From NCBI GenBank assembly GCA_016218495.1, contig JACRDU010000097.1, forward strand, positions 841 to 64,840: a stretch of 64,000 nt of DNA. Direction: 5' to 3'. Positions 51,434 to 60,670 of the stretch are shown here, one piece after another; position 1 is the stretch's first letter; each line of letters starts with the position of its first letter. This stretch comes from Elusimicrobiota bacterium. Its GTDB lineage: Bacteria > Elusimicrobiota > Elusimicrobia > UBA1565. Below the pieces are notes generated by a model. That model had not been told where the DNA came from, ran no database searches, and saw only the letters and a list, made by a program, of their open reading frames with translations. Made by a program: the position numbers and the translations under genes.

Positions 51434-52526
51434 GCGCCTCGACCAGCCTGTCCTGAGGGAGGGCGTGCACGGTGTTGCCGCCGCGGCCCACCGTGGTCTT
51501 TCCCGCCAGCAGGGCGTTCACGACCGCCTCTTCGGCCGCCTCCGCGGCGGCTTCGAAGAGGCCGTCCACATGGAAGTCCGATAAGACCTTCACCGTCAGG
51601 ACGCCCTCCTCGGGGTAGTGCGGCAGGCGGTTGGCCGTCGACCAGGATAGGGCGACGTCCCCCGACCCATGGTAGGCCACGGCCCCGGTGCGCGCCACCC
51701 CCAGCATGGCCCGCTTGGCCAGGCGCGAGAGCTGGCGGGACTCGAGCGGGGCGTCCGTGGCCACCAGGACGACGATGGAGCCGTCCTCGTAGTACTTCGG
51801 CATGAGGTCGCTCAGCTCTTCGCCCACCGCCGCCCCGCCCACGCGCAGGGTCCGGCGCTGGCCGTGGTTGGCGTTGACCAGCACCCCGACGGTCCAGCCG
51901 CCCTCCGTCTTCTCCAACACGCGCGAGGCCGTGCCGATCCCGCCCTTGAACTGGTAGCTGGTCATCCCCGTGCCGGCGCCGACGGCCCCTTCCAGGACGG
52001 GGCCGGTGGAGACGGCGGCCAGCGCCTCGAGGGCGTCCTCCGGCCGCACCGCCAGCGCTCGAATGTCGGAGAGGCCGGAGTCGTCGCATTCGAAGACGAC
52101 CGGGGTCAGCGTGTCGTCGCTGATGCCCACCTTGGGGTTGCGCTCGAGCATCCAGCGCACCAGCCCCTCCTGGACCGGACCGACCGAGAGGGTGTTCGTC
52201 AGCGCCACGGGGGTCTCGAGGATGCCGGACTCCTGCACCCACATGAGGCCGGCCGCCTCGCCGTTGCCGTTGAGGATGAAGCTGCCCGCGTAGACCTTGC
52301 GGTTCCACAGGTCGCCGTCGGCCGGGAGGACGGCCGTCACCCCGGTGCGCACGGCATGCTCACCCTCTCCTTTATAGATGGTCTTGTGGCCGACCCTCAC
52401 CCCCGCCACGTCCGTTATCGCGCCCAAAGGCCCTGACGCGTAGTGTCCGATGCGGATTCCCAGGTCCGCGCTGCGGGCGTGGGCGGCGGCGGAGACGGCC
52501 ATGACCAGGCTCAGGAGGGCGTTCAT
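51408..52526 (-). CDS. P1/S58 (DmpA-type) aminopeptidase family protein
   Basis: ORF 51408..52550. The likely start is ATG 52526 (MNALLSLVMAVSAAAHA, signal-like). Motifs: …ITDVAGVRVGH…, …NGNGEAAG…, and …GAGTGMTSYQFKGGIGTASR…. Confidence 0.8.
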   Translation of the reverse strand: MNALLSLVMAVSAAAHARSADLGIRIGHYASGPLGAITDVAGVRVGHKTIYKGEGEHAVRTGVTAVLPADGDLWNRKVYAGSFILNGNGEAAGLMWVQESGILETPVALTNTLSVGPVQEGLVRWMLERNPKVGISDDTLTPVVFECDDSGLSDIRALAVRPEDALEALAAVSTGPVLEGAVGAGTGMTSYQFKGGIGTASRVLEKTEGGWTVGVLVNANHGQRRTLRVGGAAVGEELSDLMPKYYEDGSIVVLVATDAPLESRQLSRLAKRAMLGVARTGAVAYHGSGDVALSWSTANRLPHYPEEGVLTVKVLSDFHVDGLFEAAAEAAEEAVVNALLAGKTTVGRGGNTVHALPQDRLVEALKRRRALK

Positions 52527-52560
52527 AGGCCAAATGCTATCATAGGGCATCGGAGGGAAA

Positions 52561-53166
52561 ATGGGAAAACTCGTCCTCGTCCGTCACGGCCAGTCGCAGT
52601 GGAACCTCGAGAACCGGTTCACCGGCTGGGTCGACGTCCCCGTCACCGAGCTCGGCGCCGAGGAGGCGCACCGGGCGGGCCGCCAGCTCAAGGGCGTCAA
52701 ATTCGACGTGGCCTTCGTCTCCGCCTTGCTGCGCGCCAAGCAGACCCTCGACATCATCCTCGAGGAGACCGGCCTCAAGGGCATCCCCGTCCACTCCGAC
52801 AAAGCGCTCAACGAGCGCCACTACGGCGACCTGCAGGGCCTCAACAAGGCCGAGACGGCCGAGAAGTTCGGGGCCGAGCAGGTCCACATCTGGCGCCGCT
52901 CCTACGACGTGAAGCCCCCGGGCGGCGAGAGCCTCAAGGACACGGCCGAGCGGACCCTGCCCTACTTCGAGGCGCAGATCCTCCCCCAGGTCAAAGCCGG
53001 CAAGAACGTGCTGGTCTCGGCCCACGGCAACAGCCTGCGCGCCATCGTGATGAAGCTCGACAACCTCTCGAAGGAGCAGGTCATGCAGCTCAACATCGCC
53101 ACGGCGGCCCCCATCACCTACGACATGGACGCCTCGGGGCGCATCCTGCAGAAATCGGCGGCCTAG
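52561..53166 (+). CDS. gpmA: 2,3-bisphosphoglycerate-dependent phosphoglycerate mutase (short form)
   Basis: 201-aa ORF: LVLVRHGQSQWNLENRFTGW…NERHYGDLQGLNKAETAEKFG…SAHGNSLRA…. Confidence 0.92.
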   Translation: MGKLVLVRHGQSQWNLENRFTGWVDVPVTELGAEEAHRAGRQLKGVKFDVAFVSALLRAKQTLDIILEETGLKGIPVHSDKALNERHYGDLQGLNKAETAEKFGAEQVHIWRRSYDVKPPGGESLKDTAERTLPYFEAQILPQVKAGKNVLVSAHGNSLRAIVMKLDNLSKEQVMQLNIATAAPITYDMDASGRILQKSAA

Positions 53167-53169
53167 CCC

Positions 53170-53685
53170 GTGCTCAGGAACCTCCTGCGCGAGGCACGCG
53201 AGGCCGCCTTGAGCCCGAGGGACTACTTCGGCCGGGCCCCGGCCGAGGAATCCTGGAGGACCCCCGCCGCGAAGGTCGCGGCCTGGTTCTGCGTCACGGG
53301 GGCCGTCAACGTCGTCATCTCGTTCATGGCGGACGGGTTCTCCGCGCTCAACATCCTCGTCAACCTGGTCGCGCTGGCGCTGTTCCCCGTGCTGGGCGTG
53401 GCGGCGGGCTTCCTGGGGGCCTTGGTCCTGCATGCCGTCTGGAAGGCGCTGGGCGGGAAGGCCTCCCTGCAGGCGACCTGGCGGGCCGTATCCTCGGTCG
53501 CCTTCACCATGCCCCTGCTGGCCGCCACCGCGCCGCTGGGGCTCGTCGCCTTCGGGCCCCTGCTCTGGTCCTACAGCCTGCTGGCCTACGCTGGGATGGG
53601 CATCCACGGCCTGTCGAAAGGCCGCTCCTGGGGGGTGGCCGCGGCGCTGGCCGCGACCTTGCTCCCCATCGTGCTGTTGACCTAA
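53170..53685 (+). CDS. Yip1-like multi-pass membrane protein
   Basis: 171-aa ORF (GTG start) with four or five hydrophobic helices after a short polar N-terminus. The family call is tentative. Confidence 0.55.
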   Translation: MLRNLLREAREAALSPRDYFGRAPAEESWRTPAAKVAAWFCVTGAVNVVISFMADGFSALNILVNLVALALFPVLGVAAGFLGALVLHAVWKALGGKASLQATWRAVSSVAFTMPLLAATAPLGLVAFGPLLWSYSLLAYAGMGIHGLSKGRSWGVAAALAATLLPIVLLT

Positions 53686-54113
53686 CGCCCTGTCGAGCCG
53701 AAGCCCTTCTTGCCGCGCTTGGATTCGCTGAGCGCCTTCACTTCCTTGACTGCCGGCGTGGCGATGGGGACTATCAGGAGCTGGGCGACGCGGTCGCCCC
53801 GGCCGAGCGTCACGGGTTCCCGGGAGATGTTCCAGAGCACCGCACCCACCTCGCCGCGGTAGCCGGCGTCGATGACGCCGCCGGCGGTCTTCACTCCCTT
53901 GCGCGCCAGCGAGGAGCGGTCGGCCACCAGGCCGACGAAGCCCTCCGGAATCTGCATCGCTATGCCGGTCGGGACCACGGCGCTCTTGCCGGGCTCCAGG
54001 GTCACCTCCCCGAGGGCGTAGAGGTCCAGGCCCGCGTCGTCGGGATGGGCGCGGGTGGGGAGGACGGCGTCGGCGGCGAGCTTGGCGATCTCGAGGGTGT
54101 CGGGGTGCTTCAT
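53682..54113 (-). CDS. dut: dUTP diphosphatase
   Basis: 143-aa ORF: …DAGLDLY…, …GLVADRSSLARKG…, …GVIDAGYRGEV…, and a C-terminal …RGKKGFGSTG. Confidence 0.95.
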   Translation of the reverse strand: MKHPDTLEIAKLAADAVLPTRAHPDDAGLDLYALGEVTLEPGKSAVVPTGIAMQIPEGFVGLVADRSSLARKGVKTAGGVIDAGYRGEVGAVLWNISREPVTLGRGDRVAQLLIVPIATPAVKEVKALSESKRGKKGFGSTGR

Positions 54114-54595
54114 CGTCCCGGATTATACCTCAGGCGCAGGAGCAGCGGGGGACCGTCCCCCCGCGGCGTCACGATGAACAGGTTGTCATACTCCGCGTCG
54201 GGCACGGTGACCGCCCCCGGTACGCCCAGGCCCTTGAGGATGTCCGGGATGGTGTCGGTATGCCCCACCACCAGGGCGTTCTCGGTGTCGGGGAGGGCCT
54301 TGAGCTCGGCCGCCAGCGCCCCGGCCTTCTCCGAGTCCGTCACGGTGAGCCGGAGGCCCTTGGACTCCGCGGTCGGGGACGCGGTCTGCTGGGTCCGTCT
54401 GTACTCCGTCGCGTAGACGGCCTTGAGCGGGACCGCCGAGAGCAGGTCCTTCAGCGCCGCGGCGCGCTTGTGGCCGCGCCGGGACAGCAGGGAGGCGTCG
54501 TCCTTGGCGTCGGCCCGCTCGGCATGGCGGACCACGATGACCGAAGCCGCGGCCGGCGCCACCGCGAGCAGCAGCGACAGCGCGGCCGCCGTCAT
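54110..54595 (-). CDS. Histidine phosphatase (SixA/PGAM-superfamily) protein, exported
   Basis: ORF 54110..54631. The start at ATG 54595 makes an ATGA overlap with the upstream ATP-grasp::MFS stop. The product reads MTAAALSLLLAVAPAAASVIVVRHAERA… (RHAE catalytic motif) …VVGHTDTIP…. There is also an ATGA overlap with dut. Confidence 0.75.
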   Translation of the reverse strand: MTAAALSLLLAVAPAAASVIVVRHAERADAKDDASLLSRRGHKRAAALKDLLSAVPLKAVYATEYRRTQQTASPTAESKGLRLTVTDSEKAGALAAELKALPDTENALVVGHTDTIPDILKGLGVPGAVTVPDAEYDNLFIVTPRGDGPPLLLRLRYNPGR

Positions 54596-57500
54596 CTCGC
54601 CGCGCGGCCCGACATGGAGCGCGCCAGCCACAGATACCCCGCGGCCGCCGCCGTGTAGAATAGCCCGAAGGCGTAGAACGCGCCGGTCCCGAGCAGGGCG
54701 AAGAGGCCGCCCCAGAGCAGGAACCCGAAGACATGGGACAGGTAGGTCAGGGAGCGGATGGCGCCCAGGATGCTGCCGGAGAGGCGCTCATCGGACTGCG
54801 GGATGCTGTCCTTCATGATGGTGTCGAGGTGGATGAGGGCGCGCTGGGCCGTGAAGCCGATGGCCACCAGGGGCAAGGACACCAGGAAGAACGGCCAGCC
54901 GAAGGTGAAGAGGCTGGTCTGGCTGGCGAAGAGCCACGCTCCCAGCACCGCCGCCGCCGCCCAGCGCAGGGAACGCACGGCGCTGGCGCGGTAGAGCTCG
55001 CGCTGGGCCTCGGCCCGCCGCGGCTCGGGCAGGGCGCTCGTGGCCTTGTCCAGGCGCGTGGCCAGGCGGTCCATGGCCAGCGCGCCGAGCAGGGCGCCGA
55101 CGCCGTAGAGGCCGGTCAGCGAGCCCGACACCGCGGCGGCCTGGGTGGGCTCGCCGGCCACATACGCGCCGAAGGCCGTGGCGACGATGTAGTACAGCAT
55201 GTAGAGGAAGCTGTTGATGAGCATGTAGCCGGCCAGGGGCTTGAGGATGCCCGGGTTGGAGAAGACCGTGCGGAACCCGGCTCCCCAGTCGATGCTCTTG
55301 GTGGCCTCGCGCGGCGCCCCGGGCAGGCGCAGGGCCAGCGCGATGAGGGCCGCGGCGCCGAAGGCGACGGGGGCCGGGTAGATCACGGCCCCGAAGCCGA
55401 AGGCGGCCACGGCCAGCCCCATCGCGGAGGCGACGAAGACCGTCCCGTACTCGACGAAGTCCCGGAAGGAGCCGAAGCGGCTGGACTCCGTCGGCGAGGC
55501 CTTGAACCAGGTCACCTGCAGCTTGTGCTCGGCCACCCGGCCGATGGAATGGGCGAAGTAGTCCAGGCTAAAGAGCGGGACCAGCGCCCACAGCGGGACG
55601 GTGCCGGCGGCGAAGAGCAGTCCCGCCATGGCCGTCCAGACCGCGGTGCGGAAGGCCAAGACCGCGCGGTAGGAGCGCGCGATGCCGAAGCGGTCCACCC
55701 AGCGCCCGCCCAGGAAGCTGCCGGCGGTGTAGGCGGCGTAGCTGATGCTGGTCAGGGCGGCCAGCGCCAGGAAGCCCTGGGTCAGGGGAGCCGTCATCTG
55801 GGAGACGGCCAGGGAGGTCGATTCGACGACGGTGGAGACCAGCACGAAGGTGGAGAGGAAGCCCAGCACCACCTTCGAGAACAAAGACGGCGCGGGCTCC
55901 CCCGGCTGGGCGTGGTCGCCGCGCATCGTCGCCACGGAGCCGTCGGCCTTCTTGACCCCTACGGCGATCCGACGCGCCGCGGCCAGCGTGCGCGACAGGG
56001 CCTCGGAGATGGTGCGCCCCTTCACGATCAGCTCGCCGTACTCCTCGTAGGAGTTCTTGCCCGTCTCCACCACGGTGTCGCCGGGCTCGACGAAGAGCTC
56101 CGCGTATTCGACGCCGGGCGCGGCCGCGGCCTTGTCCATGCCGGAGACGGCGGTGACGGCCCCGCTGTGGGCCGAAGCGAGGAAGCGGTAGTCGACGACG
56201 CCCTCCGGGGCGCGGCCCGGGTCGACGCGCAGGCCCAGGATGGCGCGCAGGCCCTGCTCGACCAGGCTCATCCCGGTCAGGCTCTTGATGGCGAGGAAGA
56301 TGTTGACCCCGCCCATGTAGGGGTTGATCTCGACGACCTTGGGGCCGTCGGGCGTCAGCATCATGTCGACGCGGGCGTTGCCGTCGGTGATGCCGATGAC
56401 GCTCAGCGCCTTCTCGGCGGCGGCGACGACGGCCGCATGGAGCGCCGCGGGGGCCTGGGACGGGAAGGTGATGGAGCCGGCGGCCAATTCCTTGTTGGGG
56501 CCGATGTTCAGGGTGTCCGAGACCATGGCGAAGGCGGCGCGCCCGCCCTGCATCACGACCTCCACCGAGGTCTCCTCGCTGCCGGGGAGCTTCTCGAGCA
56601 TGCGCTCCAGCATGATGCCGGGGTGGTTCGAGAACGTCGTCGTCTTCGCCTCGGGGCGGGCGGTGAAGGCCTTCACGGCCGCGTCCATCTCGCGGTAGGC
56701 CGCCTCGGCCTTCTCGGGCGTGTCGAGGTCCACGGCGAGGAAGCGGCTGTTCTCCCCCCGGATGGTCTTCATGATGAACTTGCCGCCGCCGAGCTCGGCG
56801 AACGCGCGCCGCGCGTCTTCGGCGCTGGTGACCGCGCGCGAGGGGACCTCGAGGTCCTTGTGGGCGTTGAGCACCCGGCGCGTGGCGGTCTTGTCGTCGG
56901 AGGCGCTGACGGCGCCGCCCGGGATGCCGGCGCCGCCGACGAGGTCGGTGATGCGCGCGGTGACCTTGGCATAGGAGGAGAAGAAGCCGGCCACCGCGTC
57001 GGCCCGCGCCGCGGCGGGATGGGCGGCCACCAGGCGCGCCATCCTCTCCACCGCCTGAGGGTCGCGGTCGGTGATGGGGGCGGCGATGAAATGGGAATCG
57101 GGGACCAGCGACTCGGAATGGCCGCGGTGCGCCGGGTCGTCGACGAGGTAGAGGTCGACCCCCAGGGCCTTGGCGGTGCGCACGGCTTCGGCGAGGACGA
57201 AGGGGCGGGAGCGCTTGGTGCCGACCATGATGACGGTCTTGCCCTGCGCCGAGGAATCGGGGAGGACGGCCGGAGCTTCGGGCGCGGCGCGTCCGGAGAC
57301 CTCGGCGACGGCGGAGACGGGCGCCGCCTTCGGCGCGGCCAGGGCCGCCGACGGGGCGGCGGGGACGGCGCGAGCAGCAGGGAGCGCGGCGGCGGCGGCC
57401 GCGGGAGGCAGCGCCGCGCTGAGCCGGGCCTCGGGGAGTTCCGGGGAGACCGGAAGCGCCGGGCGAGACGGCAAGCCCAGGCCGGAAGAGGAGAGCGAAG

Positions 57501-57663
57501 GGGAGAAGGCCGCCGGAGCGACGACGACGCGCGCGGCGGAGACCGAGGCCGCAGGCGCGGCGGGGAGGCTGCGGGCTAACTGGGACCAGGCCGGCCAAGG
57601 AGACGCGAGCAGAGCGGAAGCGAGGAGCAGCGCGAACGGCGTCTTCAGTCGGCTTCGGTTCAT
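54592..57663 (-). CDS. ATP-grasp enzyme fused to a C-terminal MFS transporter, with an N-terminal signal/Ala-Pro-rich leader (1,023 aa)
   Basis: Tail of ORF 54592..58230, starting at ATG 57663 (MNRSRLKTPFALLLASALLASPWPAWSQ…). The ATP-grasp core reads …KTVIMVGTKRSRPFVLAEAV…GKFIMKTIRGENSRFLAV…ARVDMMLTPDGPKVVEINPYMGG…. From ~nt 55890 downward there are about 12 TM helices (…GRWVDRFGIARSYR…). The 948-aa antisense ORF is rejected. Confidence 0.8.
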   Translation of the reverse strand: MNRSRLKTPFALLLASALLASPWPAWSQLARSLPAAPAASVSAARVVVAPAAFSPSLSSSGLGLPSRPALPVSPELPEARLSAALPPAAAAAALPAARAVPAAPSAALAAPKAAPVSAVAEVSGRAAPEAPAVLPDSSAQGKTVIMVGTKRSRPFVLAEAVRTAKALGVDLYLVDDPAHRGHSESLVPDSHFIAAPITDRDPQAVERMARLVAAHPAAARADAVAGFFSSYAKVTARITDLVGGAGIPGGAVSASDDKTATRRVLNAHKDLEVPSRAVTSAEDARRAFAELGGGKFIMKTIRGENSRFLAVDLDTPEKAEAAYREMDAAVKAFTARPEAKTTTFSNHPGIMLERMLEKLPGSEETSVEVVMQGGRAAFAMVSDTLNIGPNKELAAGSITFPSQAPAALHAAVVAAAEKALSVIGITDGNARVDMMLTPDGPKVVEINPYMGGVNIFLAIKSLTGMSLVEQGLRAILGLRVDPGRAPEGVVDYRFLASAHSGAVTAVSGMDKAAAAPGVEYAELFVEPGDTVVETGKNSYEEYGELIVKGRTISEALSRTLAAARRIAVGVKKADGSVATMRGDHAQPGEPAPSLFSKVVLGFLSTFVLVSTVVESTSLAVSQMTAPLTQGFLALAALTSISYAAYTAGSFLGGRWVDRFGIARSYRAVLAFRTAVWTAMAGLLFAAGTVPLWALVPLFSLDYFAHSIGRVAEHKLQVTWFKASPTESSRFGSFRDFVEYGTVFVASAMGLAVAAFGFGAVIYPAPVAFGAAALIALALRLPGAPREATKSIDWGAGFRTVFSNPGILKPLAGYMLINSFLYMLYYIVATAFGAYVAGEPTQAAAVSGSLTGLYGVGALLGALAMDRLATRLDKATSALPEPRRAEAQRELYRASAVRSLRWAAAAVLGAWLFASQTSLFTFGWPFFLVSLPLVAIGFTAQRALIHLDTIMKDSIPQSDERLSGSILGAIRSLTYLSHVFGFLLWGGLFALLGTGAFYAFGLFYTAAAAGYLWLARSMSGRAAR

Positions 57664-57811
57664 GGTCGAGAGTTTATGCCAACGCGCCGCATTTCTGCTG
57701 ATTCGAAGGACCCGCGTGTCTGGAATTATTCGACCTATCCAGACCTGGGACCGCCGCGCGCAGGGAGGGGGTCCATTGCGCCGCCTCGGGGGGGTCCATA
57801 GACCCAGCCTG

Positions 57812-59782
57812 ATGCGGCCCCGCTTCCTTATAATTGCGTCAGTGAAGAGGGTCCTCTCCGGCCTCCTCGCCGGCCTCGTCTTCGCCGCAGCCCTGCCGCA
57901 GGGGGCCTGGGCGCAGTTGGCCGCGACGCGCGCCGTCCCCCTCAGGGCCCCGCTCCCCGCCGTCACCGCCGGCTTCGTCGCCCCGGCCCCGGTCGGCGGA
58001 TTATCCGCATCGCCCCTGAGCGCCCCCCGCCTCTCGGCGCCGACGCTGCCGTCGTTGGCCCTGCCGGAGGCCCGGTCCGCCCCTTCCGCGGCGAGTGCCG
58101 CGGCCGCCGCGGCGGGGGCCTTCGCGCCGTCCGTCTCAGCCCAGGCCCTCCCCGCCGCCGTCGCCGCTCCCGCCGCCGCACGGGGCGCCGCCGCCCCGGC
58201 CCCCCTCCTGCGGGCCGACGCACCCGTCACGGCGGAGGAGGCGAAGGAGGCGTTCCGGAACGCGCCCGCAGCGCGCCGTGATTACCTGCGCGAGCGCTTC
58301 CGCGAGCTGCGCGCCGCATTCTCCATGCGCGCTCCTCAGGACCTCCGCGTTTCCGAGGCGGCGCCATCCCGCCCCTCCGTCGGGGAGCCTAGCCTCGCCA
58401 AGGGCCTCGCCCCCGCGCAGGCCCCGGGACCCGCGCCCATCCCCGCACCGGCTCCGGCGCGTGCCCGCGGCTGGCTGGGCTTCGGAAGCGCCCTCACCTT
58501 CTTCCTGGCCGCCATCGCCATCGAGAACATCGGCAATGAGACCCAGGCGGCCGCCATGCCGCCGCTCTTGGCCAAGGTCTTCGGCGACGTATCGGTGTCG
58601 GCGGACCTGGGCATCGGCTCGGCCCTGGCGGACTTCGCCGGCTCTCTGCTGGCGCCGCTGGTCATCAAGCGGCTGGGGCTCAAGTCCGCCTTCTTGTGGA
58701 CGGCCGGAGCCCGCCTCCTCTCAGGCGCCATCATCGCCGGCTTCCTCGCCGTGGGCCACATGACCATGCCCGCCCTGATGGCGGCGACGGTCTTCGCCGG
58801 CTTCGTGGGCGGGATGAACTACGCCATCGAGAAGTCCATCCCCCCCGTCCTGCTCGACCAGGACCGCGGCAAGCTCGAACGCTTCAAGGCGGCGCGCCAA
58901 TCCGTCATCGAGGTCGTGGCGACGGTGTTCCCCATCGTGACGGGGACCGTGGTGGCCGCCTGGGGCTTCCTGCCCGCGCTGGTGGCGTTCCCGGTCAGCG
59001 CCGCCGTGGCGATGGCCATCGTGGCCATGACCCTCAAGTTCCCGAGCAAGGCCAAGACCCTGCTCGCCGCCCCGCCCCAGGGCACCACGCCGCCCAAGCG
59101 GAGCTTCTGGCGCGCCCTGACCCACGGTGCGCGCATCGTGATGGGCACCCCCGCCCTGCGTCACGCCTTCTTCGGCTATTCGCTGTTCTTCGTGACCACG
59201 CCGCTGCTCTACTGGCTGGTCGCCCCCGCTTACGGCATCTTCGTCGCGGGCGCCGCCGGAGCGGAGTACGCCGCCCTGGTCTCCGGCTACATGCTGGGCT
59301 TGTTCAGCCTCGGCGGCCTGGCCGCCAGCGTGCTCATCATGCGCGAGCAGCGCCGCCACGACAGGCTCGGCGAAGCCGAGAAGCGCCGCGCGCTGAGCGC
59401 CTCCTTGGTCCGCTGGGCGAAGCTGGCCACGGCCTCGCTGGCCGCCCTGGCCCTGATGGCCCTCCCTCTGCCGGTCTGGGGCGCCCTGACCGTCCCCGCC
59501 CTGGCCCTGATCCCGTTCGGCATCGCCCAGGTCATCGCCAAGCTCAAGGTCGAGTCCTTCTTCCAGTCCCGCGCCCCGGCCGACGCCGTCGACGACGCCA
59601 CCGCCTTCATGGAGGGCGCGGCGATGCTTGTCCAGATGGCCGTGCTCTGGGCAGCCAAGCTTGCCTTCACCGCCTTCACCGGCATCGGCCCCTTCATCGC
59701 CATCGCCGCGGGCCTCGTCCCGTTCGCCGCGCTATGCTGGTGGGTGACCTCCCGGCTGGCGAAGCTCCAGGAATCCAAGTAA
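57812..59782 (+). CDS. MFS-type transporter with N-terminal signal/Ala-Pro-rich leader
   Basis: Tail of ORF 57170..59782. The start is ATG 57812 or GVG-free GTG 57842 (VKRVLSGLLAGLVFAAALPQGAWAQ…). A ~200-aa A/P/S-rich region is followed by about 12 hydrophobic helices (…LLAPLVIKRLGLKSAF…). Confidence 0.75.
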   Translation: MRPRFLIIASVKRVLSGLLAGLVFAAALPQGAWAQLAATRAVPLRAPLPAVTAGFVAPAPVGGLSASPLSAPRLSAPTLPSLALPEARSAPSAASAAAAAAGAFAPSVSAQALPAAVAAPAAARGAAAPAPLLRADAPVTAEEAKEAFRNAPAARRDYLRERFRELRAAFSMRAPQDLRVSEAAPSRPSVGEPSLAKGLAPAQAPGPAPIPAPAPARARGWLGFGSALTFFLAAIAIENIGNETQAAAMPPLLAKVFGDVSVSADLGIGSALADFAGSLLAPLVIKRLGLKSAFLWTAGARLLSGAIIAGFLAVGHMTMPALMAATVFAGFVGGMNYAIEKSIPPVLLDQDRGKLERFKAARQSVIEVVATVFPIVTGTVVAAWGFLPALVAFPVSAAVAMAIVAMTLKFPSKAKTLLAAPPQGTTPPKRSFWRALTHGARIVMGTPALRHAFFGYSLFFVTTPLLYWLVAPAYGIFVAGAAGAEYAALVSGYMLGLFSLGGLAASVLIMREQRRHDRLGEAEKRRALSASLVRWAKLATASLAALALMALPLPVWGALTVPALALIPFGIAQVIAKLKVESFFQSRAPADAVDDATAFMEGAAMLVQMAVLWAAKLAFTAFTGIGPFIAIAAGLVPFAALCWWVTSRLAKLQESK

Positions 59783-59798
59783 GCTAAGGCCGCAGGCC

Positions 59799-60191
59799 AT
59801 GGCCGACGCGATCTACGAATACACCGACGCCCAGGGCGGCGTGCATCAGGTCTCGGACATCAGCCAGGTCCCCAAGGACCGCATCCAGCACATGCTCGTC
59901 ATCGGCGCCGACGAGGCCGCCGCGCAGGAGGAGGGGGCAGTCGCTCCGCCCCCCAGGCCCCCGGCCGCCTCGTTCGGCTCGCTGGGCATCCAGGTCTGGG
60001 GGGTGTCGGCCTTCCTGCTCGTCGTGGGCCTGCGCTCGCGCAAGTTCCTGCTGCAGGTCTTCTGCGTGATGACGGCCGTGCTCTGGGTCATCTACAACAG
60101 CTGGGACGTGTTCCTGGCCTCGGATTACTCCCGCACGGCCGAGCGCGAGGTCCGCAAGAAGCCCCCGGTCGAGGCCGCCGAAGAGCCTTAG
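59799..60191 (+). CDS. Small membrane protein with DUF4124-like N-terminus
   Basis: 130-aa ORF starting MADAIYEYTDAQGGVHQVSDISQVP (the Y.y.D..G..h.sd pattern), followed by two TM helices. Confidence 0.55.
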   Translation: MADAIYEYTDAQGGVHQVSDISQVPKDRIQHMLVIGADEAAAQEEGAVAPPPRPPAASFGSLGIQVWGVSAFLLVVGLRSRKFLLQVFCVMTAVLWVIYNSWDVFLASDYSRTAEREVRKKPPVEAAEEP

Positions 60192-60670
60192 GCTGGGTCG
60201 AGCACCAGCTCGCCCTTGAGGGCGTCGCCGGCCCCGAAGACGTAGACCCGGTGGAACGGCCGCCCGGCCAACAGCGACGGCAGCCAGGAGCGGTCGTCCT
60301 CCCACATCCGGTCGTACGGGATGGCGTCCAGCGGCACCCAGGCCGGGGCGCACTCGTCGTTCTCTGGCCCCAGCTCCCCGGCATGCGCCTTGGCCAGGAA
60401 GATGCGGCAGGCGTTGTCCCAGCAGGCCGAGCCGTCGGCGAAGCGGAACTCGAGCAGGCCCACCTCGCGCGGGTCGACCGGCGTCACGCCGGTCTCCTCG
60501 CGCGTCTCCCGCACCGCCGCCGCCACAGGGGTCTCCCCCGCCTCGAGCTTACCGCCGGGGCCGTTCCATTTGCCCGCCCCCATCCCGCGCTTCTTGGCGA
60601 TGAGGAGCACGCGGCGCCCCGCCTCATCGAGGACGAAGCACAGGCAGGTGGCCTTGGCGGGGCGGGTCAA
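60188..60670 (-). CDS. NUDIX hydrolase (MutT/8-oxo-dGTPase-like)
   Basis: 160-aa ORF with the Nudix box GGKLEAGETPVAAAVRETREETGV. Confidence 0.88.
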   Translation of the reverse strand: MTRPAKATCLCFVLDEAGRRVLLIAKKRGMGAGKWNGPGGKLEAGETPVAAAVRETREETGVTPVDPREVGLLEFRFADGSACWDNACRIFLAKAHAGELGPENDECAPAWVPLDAIPYDRMWEDDRSWLPSLLAGRPFHRVYVFGAGDALKGELVLDPA

